Part shown: one piece after another, positions 51,201 through 61,002 of the stretch
How positions within the stretch are numbered: the first letter of the stretch is position 1
How the letters are laid out: the number at the start of each line of letters is the position of its first letter
Assembly: GCA_963793265.1 (NCBI GenBank)
Contig: CAWBZI010000006.1
Coordinates: 128,001-192,000 of the forward strand
DNA from: an uncultured cyanobacterium
GTDB taxonomy: Bacteria; Cyanobacteriota; Cyanobacteriia; Phormidesmidales; Phormidesmidaceae
DNA length: 64,000 nt
Direction of reading: 5' to 3'
The notes under the pieces: generated by a model
Seen by the model: only the letters and a program-made list of their open reading frames with translations
Told to the model about the DNA's origin: nothing
Databases searched by the model: none
Program-made: the position numbers and the translations under genes

Positions 51201-53724
51201 CAATGTTAAGGCTACCACCGTCAATATAAATCCCACCGCCTGCGATTTCAGCATCGGCCTCAACCCGCTCACCGTTAGCATCGACTGTTGCATTGTCTAG
51301 CGTCAGCGTGCTTCTATAAGCATAAATCCCACCGCCTACTGCATCAGAAGTGTTGCCAGTAATAGTAGTAGACTCATTAATGTTTGCAGTACTTTCTACA
51401 AAGGAGAGCGCGCCGCCGCCATCACGTGCGCTGTTGTTGGCAAGCTCACTGTCTTCAAACATAACCGTAGCTCCATTCCAGGTATTAACAGCACCCCCGC
51501 TACCCGTTGGCGTCTTATTACCATTGAAGACAGCTCTGGTAAAGGTCGTACTCCCTGATCGGGTAATAGCAACAGCGCCCCCATCGTCACTGGCTGAATT
51601 ATTTTCAAAGCGGCTATCAGTGACCGTCGCAGTAGAGTCAGCTATCAGCAGTGCGCCGCCGTCATCCAGCGTATAGTTATCGGCAAAGACCGTATCTTTG
51701 ATGCTAACCATAGGCGCATCAAATACACTGATTGCACCGCCACCTGCGGCAGAATCGTTGCCGCGAAATTCACTATCGATCACAGTGAGCACACCACCCT
51801 GATGAGTATAAATTGCGCCACCTGTCAACGCTCTGTTGTCTATAAAATGATTGTTGCTAACCGTTAGCGCGCCGCGATTTTCGATGCCGCCGCTGGCGAT
51901 TAAAGGATTAGTCACAGCGGTGGTTAGCGTCAGGTTACTCAAAGCCACCTCGCTTTCGGCAGCAATATTGAAAAGCCGTGTGTTGCTTTTGGCAACAAGC
52001 TGAGTTTCGGCAGGGCTAACGCCTTCTATGTCGACGTTTGTGTTGAGGGCGATCGCATCTGAAAACTCATAGGTGCCTGCGCCTAAGCTCAACAGCCGAC
52101 GACCGCCAGTGTTTCCAATTGCTGCGATCGCATTCTCAATAGAACTCACACCAAACGCTGCCTGCAAATTCACCTGATTTAGTCCAAAGGCCAGATCTCC
52201 AGTGCCCTCAAGATTAATTTGAGATCCGTTAGGATTACGAAAACGTCGCCCTGATAGCGTCAAACCAGCCGCATTACTAATGGTTTTGTCAATATCGCTG
52301 CGTAAGATGATATCGCCAGCACCTAGCTGATTCGTTTCAATATTTACAGTGGTGCCGCCATTTAAGGCAGTTGCGATCGCCCCTGAAGATACCTGACCAG
52401 CGCTGGTAGCCACATCGACAATCTCGGTATTCGCCTGACTCAGCCGCCAACGCCCAATACCTTGTTGACCGCTGGCATCCACCGCCAAATCGAGTGGAAT
52501 GTTTCTACCCAACATCTCAACGAATCCACCCTGCGTAGCGCCTCGGGCCGAAACAGTTCCCTGCAAACCTGCGCTATCAGTCGTACGGATAACAACATCT
52601 CCGCCCGTTCCCGTTTGGCCATCTGCGCGTATATCTGGAGAGCCGCTAAGCAACACAAGCTCGGCGGCTGGTAGGGTGTCTTGAGTTCGTCCGCCGCCGA
52701 TACGAATAGTACCGCCCGACTCACCCGAAGCATCTACACGAGCTGCTATCACATCTACAGAAGAACCTAGCAGCGCAATCGTACCGCCGTCTGTAGTCAG
52801 TGAAGCCGTTGAAACGTCACCTGTAATCGAAACCTCTCTATCATTCAAGCTGACATTGGCCAGCTCAAGAATTCCATCGGGTCGAATGTCAATGCGGCTT
52901 TCGGCCCCCTGTGCGTTCGTAGCCGACCGTCCGGTCAATAAAGTAGGCAAATCCGTCACCGCAAAAGACCCGCCCGACAGCGCTGCTTCATCCACCTCCA
53001 AACTCAGCAAACTGCCCGGCATTCCCAACCGCACCGTACTTTCACCGCCAACGGCAACCAGCCCAACTTCTCCTCCCGACGCGCTCAGCTCGCCTTCACT
53101 CACCACGCTACCGCCTAGCAGCACCAAAGACTCACCCGCCTGTACCGACAGATCTCCTTGGTTCACCACAGCGCTCGGCGTACCACTACCGGTAAATCGA
53201 AAGGTATCCGGGCTAGCCGTCAGCAGACTATAGTCGGTGCTATTGGCCGTCACATCTAACCAGTCGCCATCAAAGCCAACTTGGTCGGCAGTAGCTGCCG
53301 TGAAAGAGCCCGGCAGCAATAGCTGAGCATTTGCCCCAAACAGCACACCCGCAGGATTGATCAAGTAGAGATTAGTATCGCTGCCCTGTACCTGCACGGC
53401 CCCGTCAATATAGCTAGGACGCCCCCCAGATACCTGTCCAACAATGTTTAAAACGCTAGAGTCATTCAGAAAATTAGCCGTTTGGCCATTGTCCAAACTA
53501 AAGTCTTCAAAGCGATGAAAAAGATTATTCCCGGCCTGAGTACCCGCCGAAATGTCAAACTGATTGCCTGAGTCAATAACAACTGTCCCGGTATTGTCTA
53601 AAGCTGATGTCACCTGTCCGTAGGCAGGCGTTGCCCCAGCCACTAGCCATGAAGTTGTCGCACTAGCAGTCGCACCCATAAGCCATACGGCGGGAGGCGT
53701 CCATTGCTGAAGACGTGTTTGCAT
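48217..53724 (-). CDS. Large exoprotein: filamentous-haemagglutinin N-terminal (TPS) domain, beta-helical GGAI/FxxN repeats, choice-of-anchor-Q-like region, CHAT domain
   Basis: NLFHRF, NLYLINPAG; many NxAxxGGAI repeats; LADNGG..DQRG..DIGAVE; CHAT HLATH, LSACST, SLWQVSD, HPFFWSAF. Confidence 0.88.
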   Translation of the reverse strand: MQTRLQQWTPPAVWLMGATASATTSWLVAGATPAYGQVTSALDNTGTVVIDSGNQFDISAGTQAGNNLFHRFEDFSLDNGQTANFLNDSSVLNIVGQVSGGRPSYIDGAVQVQGSDTNLYLINPAGVLFGANAQLLLPGSFTAATADQVGFDGDWLDVTANSTDYSLLTASPDTFRFTGSGTPSAVVNQGDLSVQAGESLVLLGGSVVSEGELSASGGEVGLVAVGGESTVRLGMPGSLLSLEVDEAALSGGSFAVTDLPTLLTGRSATNAQGAESRIDIRPDGILELANVSLNDREVSITGDVSTASLTTDGGTIALLGSSVDVIAARVDASGESGGTIRIGGGRTQDTLPAAELVLLSGSPDIRADGQTGTGGDVVIRTTDSAGLQGTVSARGATQGGFVEMLGRNIPLDLAVDASGQQGIGRWRLSQANTEIVDVATSAGQVSSGAIATALNGGTTVNIETNQLGAGDIILRSDIDKTISNAAGLTLSGRRFRNPNGSQINLEGTGDLAFGLNQVNLQAAFGVSSIENAIAAIGNTGGRRLLSLGAGTYEFSDAIALNTNVDIEGVSPAETQLVAKSNTRLFNIAAESEVALSNLTLTTAVTNPLIASGGIENRGALTVSNNHFIDNRALTGGAIYTHQGGVLTVIDSEFRGNDSAAGGGAISVFDAPMVSIKDTVFADNYTLDDGGALLIADSTATVTDSRFENNSASDDGGAVAITRSGSTTFTRAVFNGNKTPTGSGGAVNTWNGATVMFEDSELANNSARDGGGALSFVESTANINESTTITGNTSDAVGGGIYAYRSTLTLDNATVDANGERVEADAEIAGGGIYIDGGSLNIANDSTISNNYVSTKGGGIYSTNDAEINAHNDADTDVLSVSFVGNTSGDQGGAIYTDSTGSVTLVGATFSQNIAESDGGAIAHNTPAMLTIRNTSFVENDTDEEGGAIYTAGNSTTTIENGTFTANEAGENGGAIIARNGAVLTVSDSTFKENSSDFGGGILLAAGASGVLENVVVESNRATDGGGLALFQASATVGGNSIFKSNTSPEDGGGILVQRDSTFSMSDGLVLGNTSGDDGGGIYATQGSTITLDAVEISGNEAADGGGGLYASSGSTVLANNVQVSDNEAAVGGGLQIKNSSLTMTDSAFADNTAVSNGGALYSAGVATVASSLFERSQATNGGAIENVGTIELTNATLSGNRASGEGGAIRSLGEAANLVVRNSTITDNTAGSFGGGIVENSSQSAQLLNTIVAANTSVAAADVSGQFVDQGHNLIGQAEGAAGFTRSLLVGSAANPLNPRLAALADNGGSTKTHLLQTDSAAINAGANESLPAFDQRGTSRVVGAAVDIGAVELDAVELVATEAGAAIVPDALDAIAPNNPPFIIDNQRISELAALTAPSLETALLATAEIDTQAERDDATIQEVERTFGRSFEDYWDLPAGQDLSFREIQAILRRAQDEYQVNSAIIYAMFVPEGDAEENTDILQMTPEQKRDDLLQLLLVMPEGELVRHRLPVTRAESTRQVKLFRSNVSDEEDAFGYRPLAQQLYQWLLAPLEEELAAQGIQNLLYSLDTGLRTAPVTAMRDYHGFSLERYGISMVSTIGLTQTDFVARSRRPTVAMGVAEFDTEQPLPAVPIELDVVKDFVPASQTVLNEGSTRSALENIQTAKQPGILHLATHATFDQHSPESSYIHLWEESLSMSDFSDLDWLGADLELLILSACSTALSSPNAELGFAGLATAAGVDATVGSLWQVSDIGTLALMSEFYIQLESTSLRFEALRRAQLALLNGETRIENGDLLTSRGVIDLPDDWNLPENATLDHPFFWSAFTMVGNPW

Positions 53725-54131
53725 ACCAATCTCTAATGCCTTTAGCGCACAAAATTGTTTTGTACTGTATAACGAACATACCCAAGGACGGAAACCGCAT
53801 TAAATAATGTTTATTCAATAAGTCGGCTCAATTCAGGGAAGTATTGTATTTCTTTCTACTCGCTATAGCGAGCGCTTCAGGGCTAAAGCATCTGCGTGAA
53901 AACAACGGTATTTAGAGAGTTCTGTTCATTCTCATGCTGTCCCTATGTGCTTTCTCGGAAGAAACTATAACTACGCCCATCGTAAGTAGACGATTAAGTG
54001 CAACTGTCCACTATCGTTTGCGAGCGGTCTACCTACAGTGATATGTTCTGTTTTGTTCGTTTCGATACGGCGGCTACTGAGCGCCGTACGCAAGGCAGAA
54101 CAACTGATCCGCAAAAGATAGGCCCTTAGAA

Positions 54132-55625
54132 TTGATGCTTTCGCTACTCTCTTTTTTCGCCCTAGCCAATGCGCTGATAGGGAGCCCTTCAACCGCACTT
54201 TCTCCTGTAAATGTGCAGCTAGGCTTAACCGATAGCGCTCCCTTATTGGCTCAAGCCGAGAACGGCGTGATCACCATTCCTCAAGAAGTTCGTCCGCTGC
54301 CTGGTGGATTGGATGATGTGCCTGTTTTTAACAGCAATAGTCCTGAGATTATTGAGTCTGACGGCATTTTGCTCTCCACCTTTCCTGGTAGAGGCAAGCG
54401 CCATCCTAATGCTCACCTCAACTATGCCTTTGACGGACGATTCGACGTTTTCTCTCATCACGTTGCCCGCGGCCAAGACGACCGCGATACGCGGACGGTG
54501 TACGAGGCCATTATTGTTCACAATCCAGGCGATCGCCCCGTCACCCTCAGGGTTCGCGATGGCGCTTCCTACATTAGTCAGGAGTCGCCGTGGAATGAAA
54601 TTGCTTCGGGCAGCTCTAACCTGTATAGCAACAACTTTTCTGGCCCCGGCAGTCGGGTCATGAACGATGTGCTGCGCGATCGCCGCCAGTCTATCTTCCC
54701 CGATCGCGTCACCATCCCCGCTCGCCAAAGCCACCTATTGCTCAACGCACCGATTCCCTTGCGCCGCCTCAACGTCGCCACTGATGGCTCACTTGCCCCC
54801 GGCAGTGAACTCACCCCGCCCCCGGTTAGCGCTAGCTCCGGCGAAGGCGCGCGGCTTAACGGTCGCTCTACCCTGATGCGGCTCAACAGCGACGGCCCGG
54901 TCTACGTGGCGAGTTTGGCAATGCACGCGCCTCAAAGCAATGGCAAAGAGCTAGTGCCTAACTTAAACGAGTGGAAAAGGCTGCTCGCGCAAGGTCGGCT
55001 TGCAACCCCTAGAGACGCTGCCCCTAGCAGGCCCGGCAGTCGCGACAACCCCTTTCGCTATGGCCGCGTATCGGGTATTGCCAAAGGCTCCCAGTGGCGC
55101 ACCACGCTCACCGACGGCAGCAGCTCTCAGCTTGCCATTCCCGCGCCCGGCGAACATCTCTCTTACGCGCTGAGCACCCTGGAGCGCAATACCTTTGGCA
55201 CAGGCCAAATTCAGAGCGCACCGATTGCCAAACGCTACGGCGACACGGCTCACCGGGCTAATGGCAACTACGGCGTGGAATACAACCTAACTGCGCCACT
55301 CGTGAATAAAACAGATAGCCCTAAAACCGTCGCACTTTCTGTTCAAACGCCGCTACAAAACAACAGCCTCAGCGACGCGCTTCAGTTCAATGCCGCGCCA
55401 GAATCTCGCGTATTTTTTAGAGGCACCGTGTTATTTGTCTATAAAGAAGACAATGGCAGATCTCGGGCTCATTACGCTTATTTAGAACAGAATAGAGGAG
55501 AGCAGGGCGAACCCTTGATAAAGATGACGCTTGCCCCTGGCGAACAGCGAGACGTGAATGTTCAGTTTCTCTATCCGCCCGATGCAACGCCGCCACAGGT
55601 GCTCACGGTGACCACACAGAACTAG
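54132..55625 (+). CDS. DUF3370 family exported protein
   Basis: VRPLPGGLDDVPVFNSNSPE, GNYGVEY, YPPDATPPQVLT. Confidence 0.8.
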   Translation: MMLSLLSFFALANALIGSPSTALSPVNVQLGLTDSAPLLAQAENGVITIPQEVRPLPGGLDDVPVFNSNSPEIIESDGILLSTFPGRGKRHPNAHLNYAFDGRFDVFSHHVARGQDDRDTRTVYEAIIVHNPGDRPVTLRVRDGASYISQESPWNEIASGSSNLYSNNFSGPGSRVMNDVLRDRRQSIFPDRVTIPARQSHLLLNAPIPLRRLNVATDGSLAPGSELTPPPVSASSGEGARLNGRSTLMRLNSDGPVYVASLAMHAPQSNGKELVPNLNEWKRLLAQGRLATPRDAAPSRPGSRDNPFRYGRVSGIAKGSQWRTTLTDGSSSQLAIPAPGEHLSYALSTLERNTFGTGQIQSAPIAKRYGDTAHRANGNYGVEYNLTAPLVNKTDSPKTVALSVQTPLQNNSLSDALQFNAAPESRVFFRGTVLFVYKEDNGRSRAHYAYLEQNRGEQGEPLIKMTLAPGEQRDVNVQFLYPPDATPPQVLTVTTQN

Positions 55626-55720
55626 CGCGCAAGTATAGAAGATCTCACTATCGGTCTATTGAAAGAGCGATAGGTGCTTTTTACTATTTGGGTGTTCTAA
55701 ACGAAGTAGAAAGAAAACCT

Positions 55721-55960
55721 ATGAGTGACTACAAGCCTGTGGACTGTGCGCTGCAAGATAAGCTGGAGGCGATCGCAACCCTCCACCGCACCGCTGACAT
55801 TACCTACCAAACCGACTCAGGCGAAACGGCCAGCGCCGAAAGCAAAATAGTAGACATCTATGCTGACAGCGGCGCTGACTACTGCAAGCTAGAAAATGGC
55901 ACCGTGATTCGGTTGGACAGGTTGCAGGCTATTACCGCAGGCGGCGAAAAGGTTTGGTAG
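55721..55960 (+). CDS. Rof/YaeO-like (Rho-binding antiterminator family) small protein
   Basis: YKPVDC..DKLE and IRLDRL resemble YaeO YQPINC..DNLE and LRLDKI. Confidence 0.65.
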   Translation: MSDYKPVDCALQDKLEAIATLHRTADITYQTDSGETASAESKIVDIYADSGADYCKLENGTVIRLDRLQAITAGGEKVW

Positions 55961-55967
55961 ATACTCA

Positions 55968-57062
55968 CTAAACCAAATCAGGAAATACCTTTTGCACCGC
56001 CGGATGCACCAGACGGTGATCGCGTACATTTAGCGCGATCGCCAAACCTTTCCCGATCACCGACTCCTGCTTCAGCGCCTCCATCCCCCACTCGGCAAGC
56101 TGAAGCACATAGGGCAAAGTGCTGTTATTAAGCGCCTGAGTTGCAGTCCATGGCACGGCCCCTGGCATGTTGGGCACGCCGTAGTGAACCACACCGAGTT
56201 CTGTATACACAGGGTCGCTATGAGAGGTCACCTTTAGCGTCTCAATACAGCCGCCCTGGTCTACCGCCACATCAACAATCACAGAGCCCTCACGCATTTT
56301 CGCAACCATCTCACGCGTAACCAGCGTCGGAGCCCTACGATTAGGCACCAGCACCGAACCAATCACCAAGTCAGCGTCCACGACAGCCGCCTCGATATTG
56401 GGCGTATTGCTATACAGCAAGCTCACGCGCGAGCCAAAGAGCGTTTCTAAGTAGCTCAGTCTCTCGACGCTAATATCGATCATCGTCACCTGAGCGCCCA
56501 GACCGACCGCCATCTTCGCCGCCTCAGTGCCCACCACGCCGCCGCCAATAATCGCGACCTTCCCGGCGGCTACACCCGGTATTCCACCGAGCAGCACCCC
56601 GCGACCGCCCTGCTGCTTTTCTAAAAAGCGCGCGCCAAACTGCACCGATAGCCGACCGGCAATCACGCTCATCGGCATCAGCAGCGGCAGCGTGCCATTT
56701 TTCTCAACGCTTTCGTAGGCGATCGCACTCACCCCGCCTGCCATCAGCTTCTCAGTCAGCTCTCTTCCCGCCGCCAGGTGCAAATAAGTAAACAATATCT
56801 GCTCAGATTTCATCCTTGAATACTCGGCGGGCAAAGGCTCTTTTACCTTTACCACCATGGCCTGATTCCAGGGCTCCTCAGCACTCGCGGCAATCTTAGC
56901 GCCCGCTGCTACGTAGTCATCATCGCTAAAGCCTGCGCCCGCGCCTGCCTGAGTTTCTACGACAACCGTATGTTTGCGATCGCACAAATCCCTCACACTA
57001 GCCGGGCTTAGTCCCACCCGAAATTCCAGATCCTTAATCTCTTTAGGAACGCCAATATCCAT
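55968..57062 (-). CDS. ald: Alanine dehydrogenase
   Basis: IGVPKEIK, KVKEP, FTYLHLA, GGGVVG, VDVAVDQGGC, VPNMPGAVP. Confidence 0.96.
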   Translation of the reverse strand: MDIGVPKEIKDLEFRVGLSPASVRDLCDRKHTVVVETQAGAGAGFSDDDYVAAGAKIAASAEEPWNQAMVVKVKEPLPAEYSRMKSEQILFTYLHLAAGRELTEKLMAGGVSAIAYESVEKNGTLPLLMPMSVIAGRLSVQFGARFLEKQQGGRGVLLGGIPGVAAGKVAIIGGGVVGTEAAKMAVGLGAQVTMIDISVERLSYLETLFGSRVSLLYSNTPNIEAAVVDADLVIGSVLVPNRRAPTLVTREMVAKMREGSVIVDVAVDQGGCIETLKVTSHSDPVYTELGVVHYGVPNMPGAVPWTATQALNNSTLPYVLQLAEWGMEALKQESVIGKGLAIALNVRDHRLVHPAVQKVFPDLV

Positions 57063-57171
57063 ACAAAAATAGCCTCAGACTTCAGCGACAGCAGAAACAC
57101 GCTTATCTTAGAACGGTTCTGAGAACGTGAATTGTATCTTCCGAGCCATCTTCAATAGAGAAAATACAGCA

Positions 57172-57207
57172 AAATCCCCTCCTGGCATCAAAACCAAAAG
57201 GGGATTT
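57172..57207 (-). terminator. Probable terminator after psaL
   Basis: AAATCCCCT...AGGGGATTT stem with short T run on minus strand. Confidence 0.55.
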
Positions 57208-57231
57208 ATTCAGAAGCCTAATTGCCGAAGC

Positions 57232-57723
57232 TTAGTTGCCGCCTGCAACCAGACCAGCCAGCATTGGCAAATTAGCGGTTAGCAAATACGCGAAAGCTGC
57301 ACCGCCGATGCCGCCAACCAAGAAGCTACCTGCGAACTCACTCCAACCTTCGTCAGTGCTCAGACCTTCGGGTGGCTTATAGGGAAGCGTATTGCGCGAG
57401 ACTTCAGGGCTGACGTTCGCACCGCTGTATAGCGATAGGCAAACGGTCAGAATCAGCACGAGGCCAACTGAGGCCAGTAGACCGGCAATTGCAGGTACGT
57501 CAGAATCTCTTAAGGGGCCAAGTAGCGCAAACGGGCCATAGATCAGATAGCCGTGGGCCATCCCGACTTCGAGTCCGCGACGCTGGGCAGAAAGCCCCTG
57601 GCGATAGGCGGGCAGATTACTCAAAAAAGCTCTTGAAAGGCCCGATGAATTCAACGGGGTTTCAAGGTTGCCGATCTGAGGATCGCCAGCATAGGGTTTT
57701 ACAAATTGCGATGATGAAGGCAT
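57232..57723 (-). CDS. psaL: Photosystem I subunit XI
   Basis: GNLETPLNSS, NLPAYRQGLS, RRGLEVGMAHGY, GPLRDS, GWSEFAGSFLVGGIGG. Confidence 0.95.
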   Translation of the reverse strand: MPSSSQFVKPYAGDPQIGNLETPLNSSGLSRAFLSNLPAYRQGLSAQRRGLEVGMAHGYLIYGPFALLGPLRDSDVPAIAGLLASVGLVLILTVCLSLYSGANVSPEVSRNTLPYKPPEGLSTDEGWSEFAGSFLVGGIGGAAFAYLLTANLPMLAGLVAGGN

Positions 57724-57838
57724 TTTTTTTTACAAGTTCTCCAAACTTACTCAACACAGTACCCCGTTCTTTTTAGATAGAAATCCTTCAAGAGGGGGTG
57801 ATTTTACAAGCTACACGACCGGGCGCGCTGTACTAGCG

Positions 57839-57964
57839 CTATGGGTGTAGCAGCAGGTCGGGAAAGAACCGATTGAATTCAATTAAAACGCCAGCGAAGA
57901 ATATCGTGACAACGGTCGCGAGTACCGGAGCCGTCGAAAGATATTTTTGCAGATTGCTGCTCAT
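57839..57964 (-). CDS. psaJ: Photosystem I subunit IX (41 aa; absent from the ORF track)
   Basis: Hand translation [41 protein letters not shown]; directly downstream of psaF. Confidence 0.95.
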   Translation of the reverse strand: MSSNLQKYLSTAPVLATVVTIFFAGVLIEFNRFFPDLLLHP

Positions 57965-58060
57965 AACACTCCTCCTTGGAGCTTTGAGGTGAAAGGTGAT
58001 CGTAAACGCCTGCGCCTGTCAGCCCCACAGAAGTTAGCCAACAAGCGCTCAGCAGATTTT

Positions 58061-58561
58061 CTAGCGAGGCGAGACTGTAATCTCTTCTTTGTTTGCAAAC
58101 ATTTCGCCAGTAGTCGCTTCTTTAAATGCCAGCAGAGGCCAGGCAAAGGCACTGAGCGTACACTTAATCGCCAAAGGCACATCGATAATGATCTCTTTTT
58201 CTTCAGGAGACTTATCTTGGCGAACGGCCATTACGTAAGAACGACCCGCCCAGCCAATCCAGCCTGCGATCAGTAAGAAAAGAGCGCTAGGAATTAGGAA
58301 TTCGCCAGCGTGAACCAAGTCACCATCGACAATCAGGTGGGGTAGTCCTTCGGGGCCACACAGAAGGCTGGTGTTGCCGTAGAACTCGAAGCGAGCTTTT
58401 GCTGAATCTGTCGTCGCAGCAGCAGCACGTTTTTGAAAAGCGGCTGACTCGTTGCAAGGTACTAAACCTGCTACATCGTCACCTGCAATACCTGCGGCAG
58501 CCGGAGAGGCAAACCCCAAAGAGATGCAAAGAACTAGAGCCAGAGCAAACAACCGTCTCAT
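58061..58561 (-). CDS. psaF: Photosystem I subunit III
   Basis: MRRLFAL signal, [42 protein letters not shown]. Confidence 0.97.
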   Translation of the reverse strand: MRRLFALALVLCISLGFASPAAAGIAGDDVAGLVPCNESAAFQKRAAAATTDSAKARFEFYGNTSLLCGPEGLPHLIVDGDLVHAGEFLIPSALFLLIAGWIGWAGRSYVMAVRQDKSPEEKEIIIDVPLAIKCTLSAFAWPLLAFKEATTGEMFANKEEITVSPR

Positions 58562-58850
58562 ATATTGTTTTCCTCTCGTTAATTAAAAGACTAAGCTAAG
58601 AGATAACAGCCGCATCAATGCTCACCTATCGTCAAGTTGTCGCCAAAATAACGGATCAGTGAACCTTTTGATTAAGTTTTGTTCAATCAAAATTCACACA
58701 ACCGCAGCCTAGCTTTGAAGGTAATCATACTCTTCGTTTGGAAACCACGTAAAGAAAGCGGTGACAAGGCTTTACATCCCGACACACTTGTTCTCATCCC
58801 TTCGGTAGATTCCGACTATTCTCTTATAAAAGAATACCAACAAGACAAAA

Positions 58851-59954
58851 ATGAGTCATGCAATCGCACTCCAAAAAACCTCTCCTCATCAGCCCATCTC
58901 TTCACCGACCGTTTTAGCGATAGAAACAAGCTGCGATGAAACAGCCGTCGCCATTGTTCAAGGCCGACAGGTACTCAGCAGCGTGGTGTCTTCCCAAATT
59001 GAGATTCATCGGCAGTATGGCGGCGTGGTGCCAGAGGTGGCTTCAAGGGCGCATGTGGAGTCGGTGGGGGTGGCGATCGCGCAGGCATTAAAAGAAGCAA
59101 ATCTTACCTGGACGGAAGTTGATGCGATCGCCACCACCTGCGCCCCCGGCCTAGTCGGTGCGCTCATGGTCGGCATTACCGCTGCCAAAACGCTGGCGAT
59201 GGTGCACAGCAAACCCTTTCTAGGCGTTCACCATTTAGAAGGTCATATCTACGCCTCTTACCTTAGCGATGACACCCTCAAGCCGCCTTTTCTGTGTCTA
59301 TTAGTATCAGGCGGTCACACCAGCTTCGTACATGTAAAAGCGGCGGGCGACTACGAAATTTTGGGCAAAACCCGCGACGATGCAGCCGGTGAAGCCTTTG
59401 ATAAAGTGGCGCGGCTGTTAGAACTCGGCTATCCAGGCGGGCCGGTGATTGACAAGCTGGCTCAAGCTGGCAATCCCAAAGCGTTTCCACTGCCAGAAGG
59501 AAAAATTTCTATGCCAGGTGGGGGCTTTCATCCTTACGATGCCAGCTTTAGCGGTTTAAAGACGGCGGTGCTGAGACTGACGCAAAAGCTGAAGGTGGAA
59601 GGCGAAGCGACCGGGGAGGATTTGCCTGTTGCGGATATTGCGGCGAGCTTTCAGGCGACTGTGGTCAAGGCTTTAGTGAAAAGGGCGATCGCCTGTGCCA
59701 CAGATTACAACCTGCCGACGATTGCCGTGGGTGGTGGGGTCGCTGCCAATAGCAGGCTTCGAGAGCAGCTTCGGATTGCTGCTAGCGATCGCAACATCAA
59801 CGTCATCTTTCCACCGATGAAATACTGCACAGATAACGCAGCTATGATTGCCTGCGCGGCAGTCGCTCACTTTGAAAAAGGCGACACGTCACCGCTCACG
59901 TTAGGCGGACTCTCCAAGCTGTCCATTACAGAAATAGCCAGTCTATACAAATAG
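58851..59954 (+). CDS. tsaD: tRNA N6-adenosine threonylcarbamoyltransferase
   Basis: [55 protein letters not shown]. Confidence 0.96.
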   Translation: MSHAIALQKTSPHQPISSPTVLAIETSCDETAVAIVQGRQVLSSVVSSQIEIHRQYGGVVPEVASRAHVESVGVAIAQALKEANLTWTEVDAIATTCAPGLVGALMVGITAAKTLAMVHSKPFLGVHHLEGHIYASYLSDDTLKPPFLCLLVSGGHTSFVHVKAAGDYEILGKTRDDAAGEAFDKVARLLELGYPGGPVIDKLAQAGNPKAFPLPEGKISMPGGGFHPYDASFSGLKTAVLRLTQKLKVEGEATGEDLPVADIAASFQATVVKALVKRAIACATDYNLPTIAVGGGVAANSRLREQLRIAASDRNINVIFPPMKYCTDNAAMIACAAVAHFEKGDTSPLTLGGLSKLSITEIASLYK

Positions 59955-59996
59955 GTATAAATTTCTACCCTGAGCGTTTGGCTCCGAATTGCAGGC

Positions 59997-60929
59997 TCAA
60001 ACTCTAGCCGGTACAGCCTGTAAAACCGACCTCACAATCTCGGACACAGCCTGCGGCTGCTCCACCATTGCCATATGCCCGCACTCGGGAATTTCAGACA
60101 CCATCTCATCTTCGCGAAAGTGCCGGTGAAAGCTCGCCAAATACCGCACGTAGCGAGGCGGCATAATCGTATCCTCGCTTGCCGTAATAAAGTGAACCGG
60201 CTGCTTCAGCTCACCCATAATCTGCGGTAGCTGATGCACCTCCTCACAGGTCGTCGATTCCAACAGCGCCCCTTCTGCCGCCGCTCTATCGGCCCGTACA
60301 AAATCCTTAATCCGCTGCTGCCCCCACTCAAGCGCCAGCGTTTTATGCACCATCGCCCGGCAAAACACCCTCGGCAATAGCGGCATCTCAGCCAGCCAGG
60401 GGGGTCGAAACTTCACCATCTGCTGCCCCGCCGCCCGAAACTTTTCAAATTCCTTAGGAATATAGATGCCACCGCCCGCATTCAGACAAATCACACCTTT
60501 CACCCGCTCCGGCAGCAAATAGGCTGCCCACAAAGCCACGCTGCCACCTAGCGAATGGCCCATTAGCCAAACGCGGTCGAGCCCGAGCTTATCGAGCAGT
60601 TCGCCTAAGTCTTGAGCGTAAGCCGCCAGGCTGTAGAGAGAAGGCGTCAAAGACGAGCCGGTCGGAAGCTGAATGGAGCGCTGCGCCTGCATATCCAAGG
60701 AATTTGGCCCCTGCACAGAGTCGCCAAATCCCCGCATGTCGTACGTGAGGCAGCGGTAGTGATTAGAAAGCTGTGCTACTAGCGGTTGCCAGTAAGCCCG
60801 GCTCAACAGCCATCCATGTAGAAAAACTAACGTCTCTTTGGACTGGTCAATTGGCGCTGCTGAAGGCAGCATCGCCGGAGAAGCTAAGTCGTAAGCGTGG
60901 GGAGAACCCAGAATGTCAACGATAGGCAT
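59997..60929 (-). CDS. Alpha/beta hydrolase
   Basis: FLHGW, YDMRGFG, GHSLGG nucleophile elbow, CGHMAM. Confidence 0.88.
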   Translation of the reverse strand: MPIVDILGSPHAYDLASPAMLPSAAPIDQSKETLVFLHGWLLSRAYWQPLVAQLSNHYRCLTYDMRGFGDSVQGPNSLDMQAQRSIQLPTGSSLTPSLYSLAAYAQDLGELLDKLGLDRVWLMGHSLGGSVALWAAYLLPERVKGVICLNAGGGIYIPKEFEKFRAAGQQMVKFRPPWLAEMPLLPRVFCRAMVHKTLALEWGQQRIKDFVRADRAAAEGALLESTTCEEVHQLPQIMGELKQPVHFITASEDTIMPPRYVRYLASFHRHFREDEMVSEIPECGHMAMVEQPQAVSEIVRSVLQAVPARV

Positions 60930-61002
60930 ATCTCTATGCTATCGCTAAGTGTTAAGCGGGGATCGCTAAATGTTTGGCCTAATGTTTAGACTCAATTCTG
61001 GG

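Noticed and set aside
53846..53859. GTA-N8-TAC possible NtcA site
   Set aside because: A 6-bp match is expected by chance and no properly spaced -10 box was verified
57947..58276. ORF-track calls 57947-58276 (+) and 57961-58182 (-)
   Set aside because: They overlap psaF and psaJ, which explain the region
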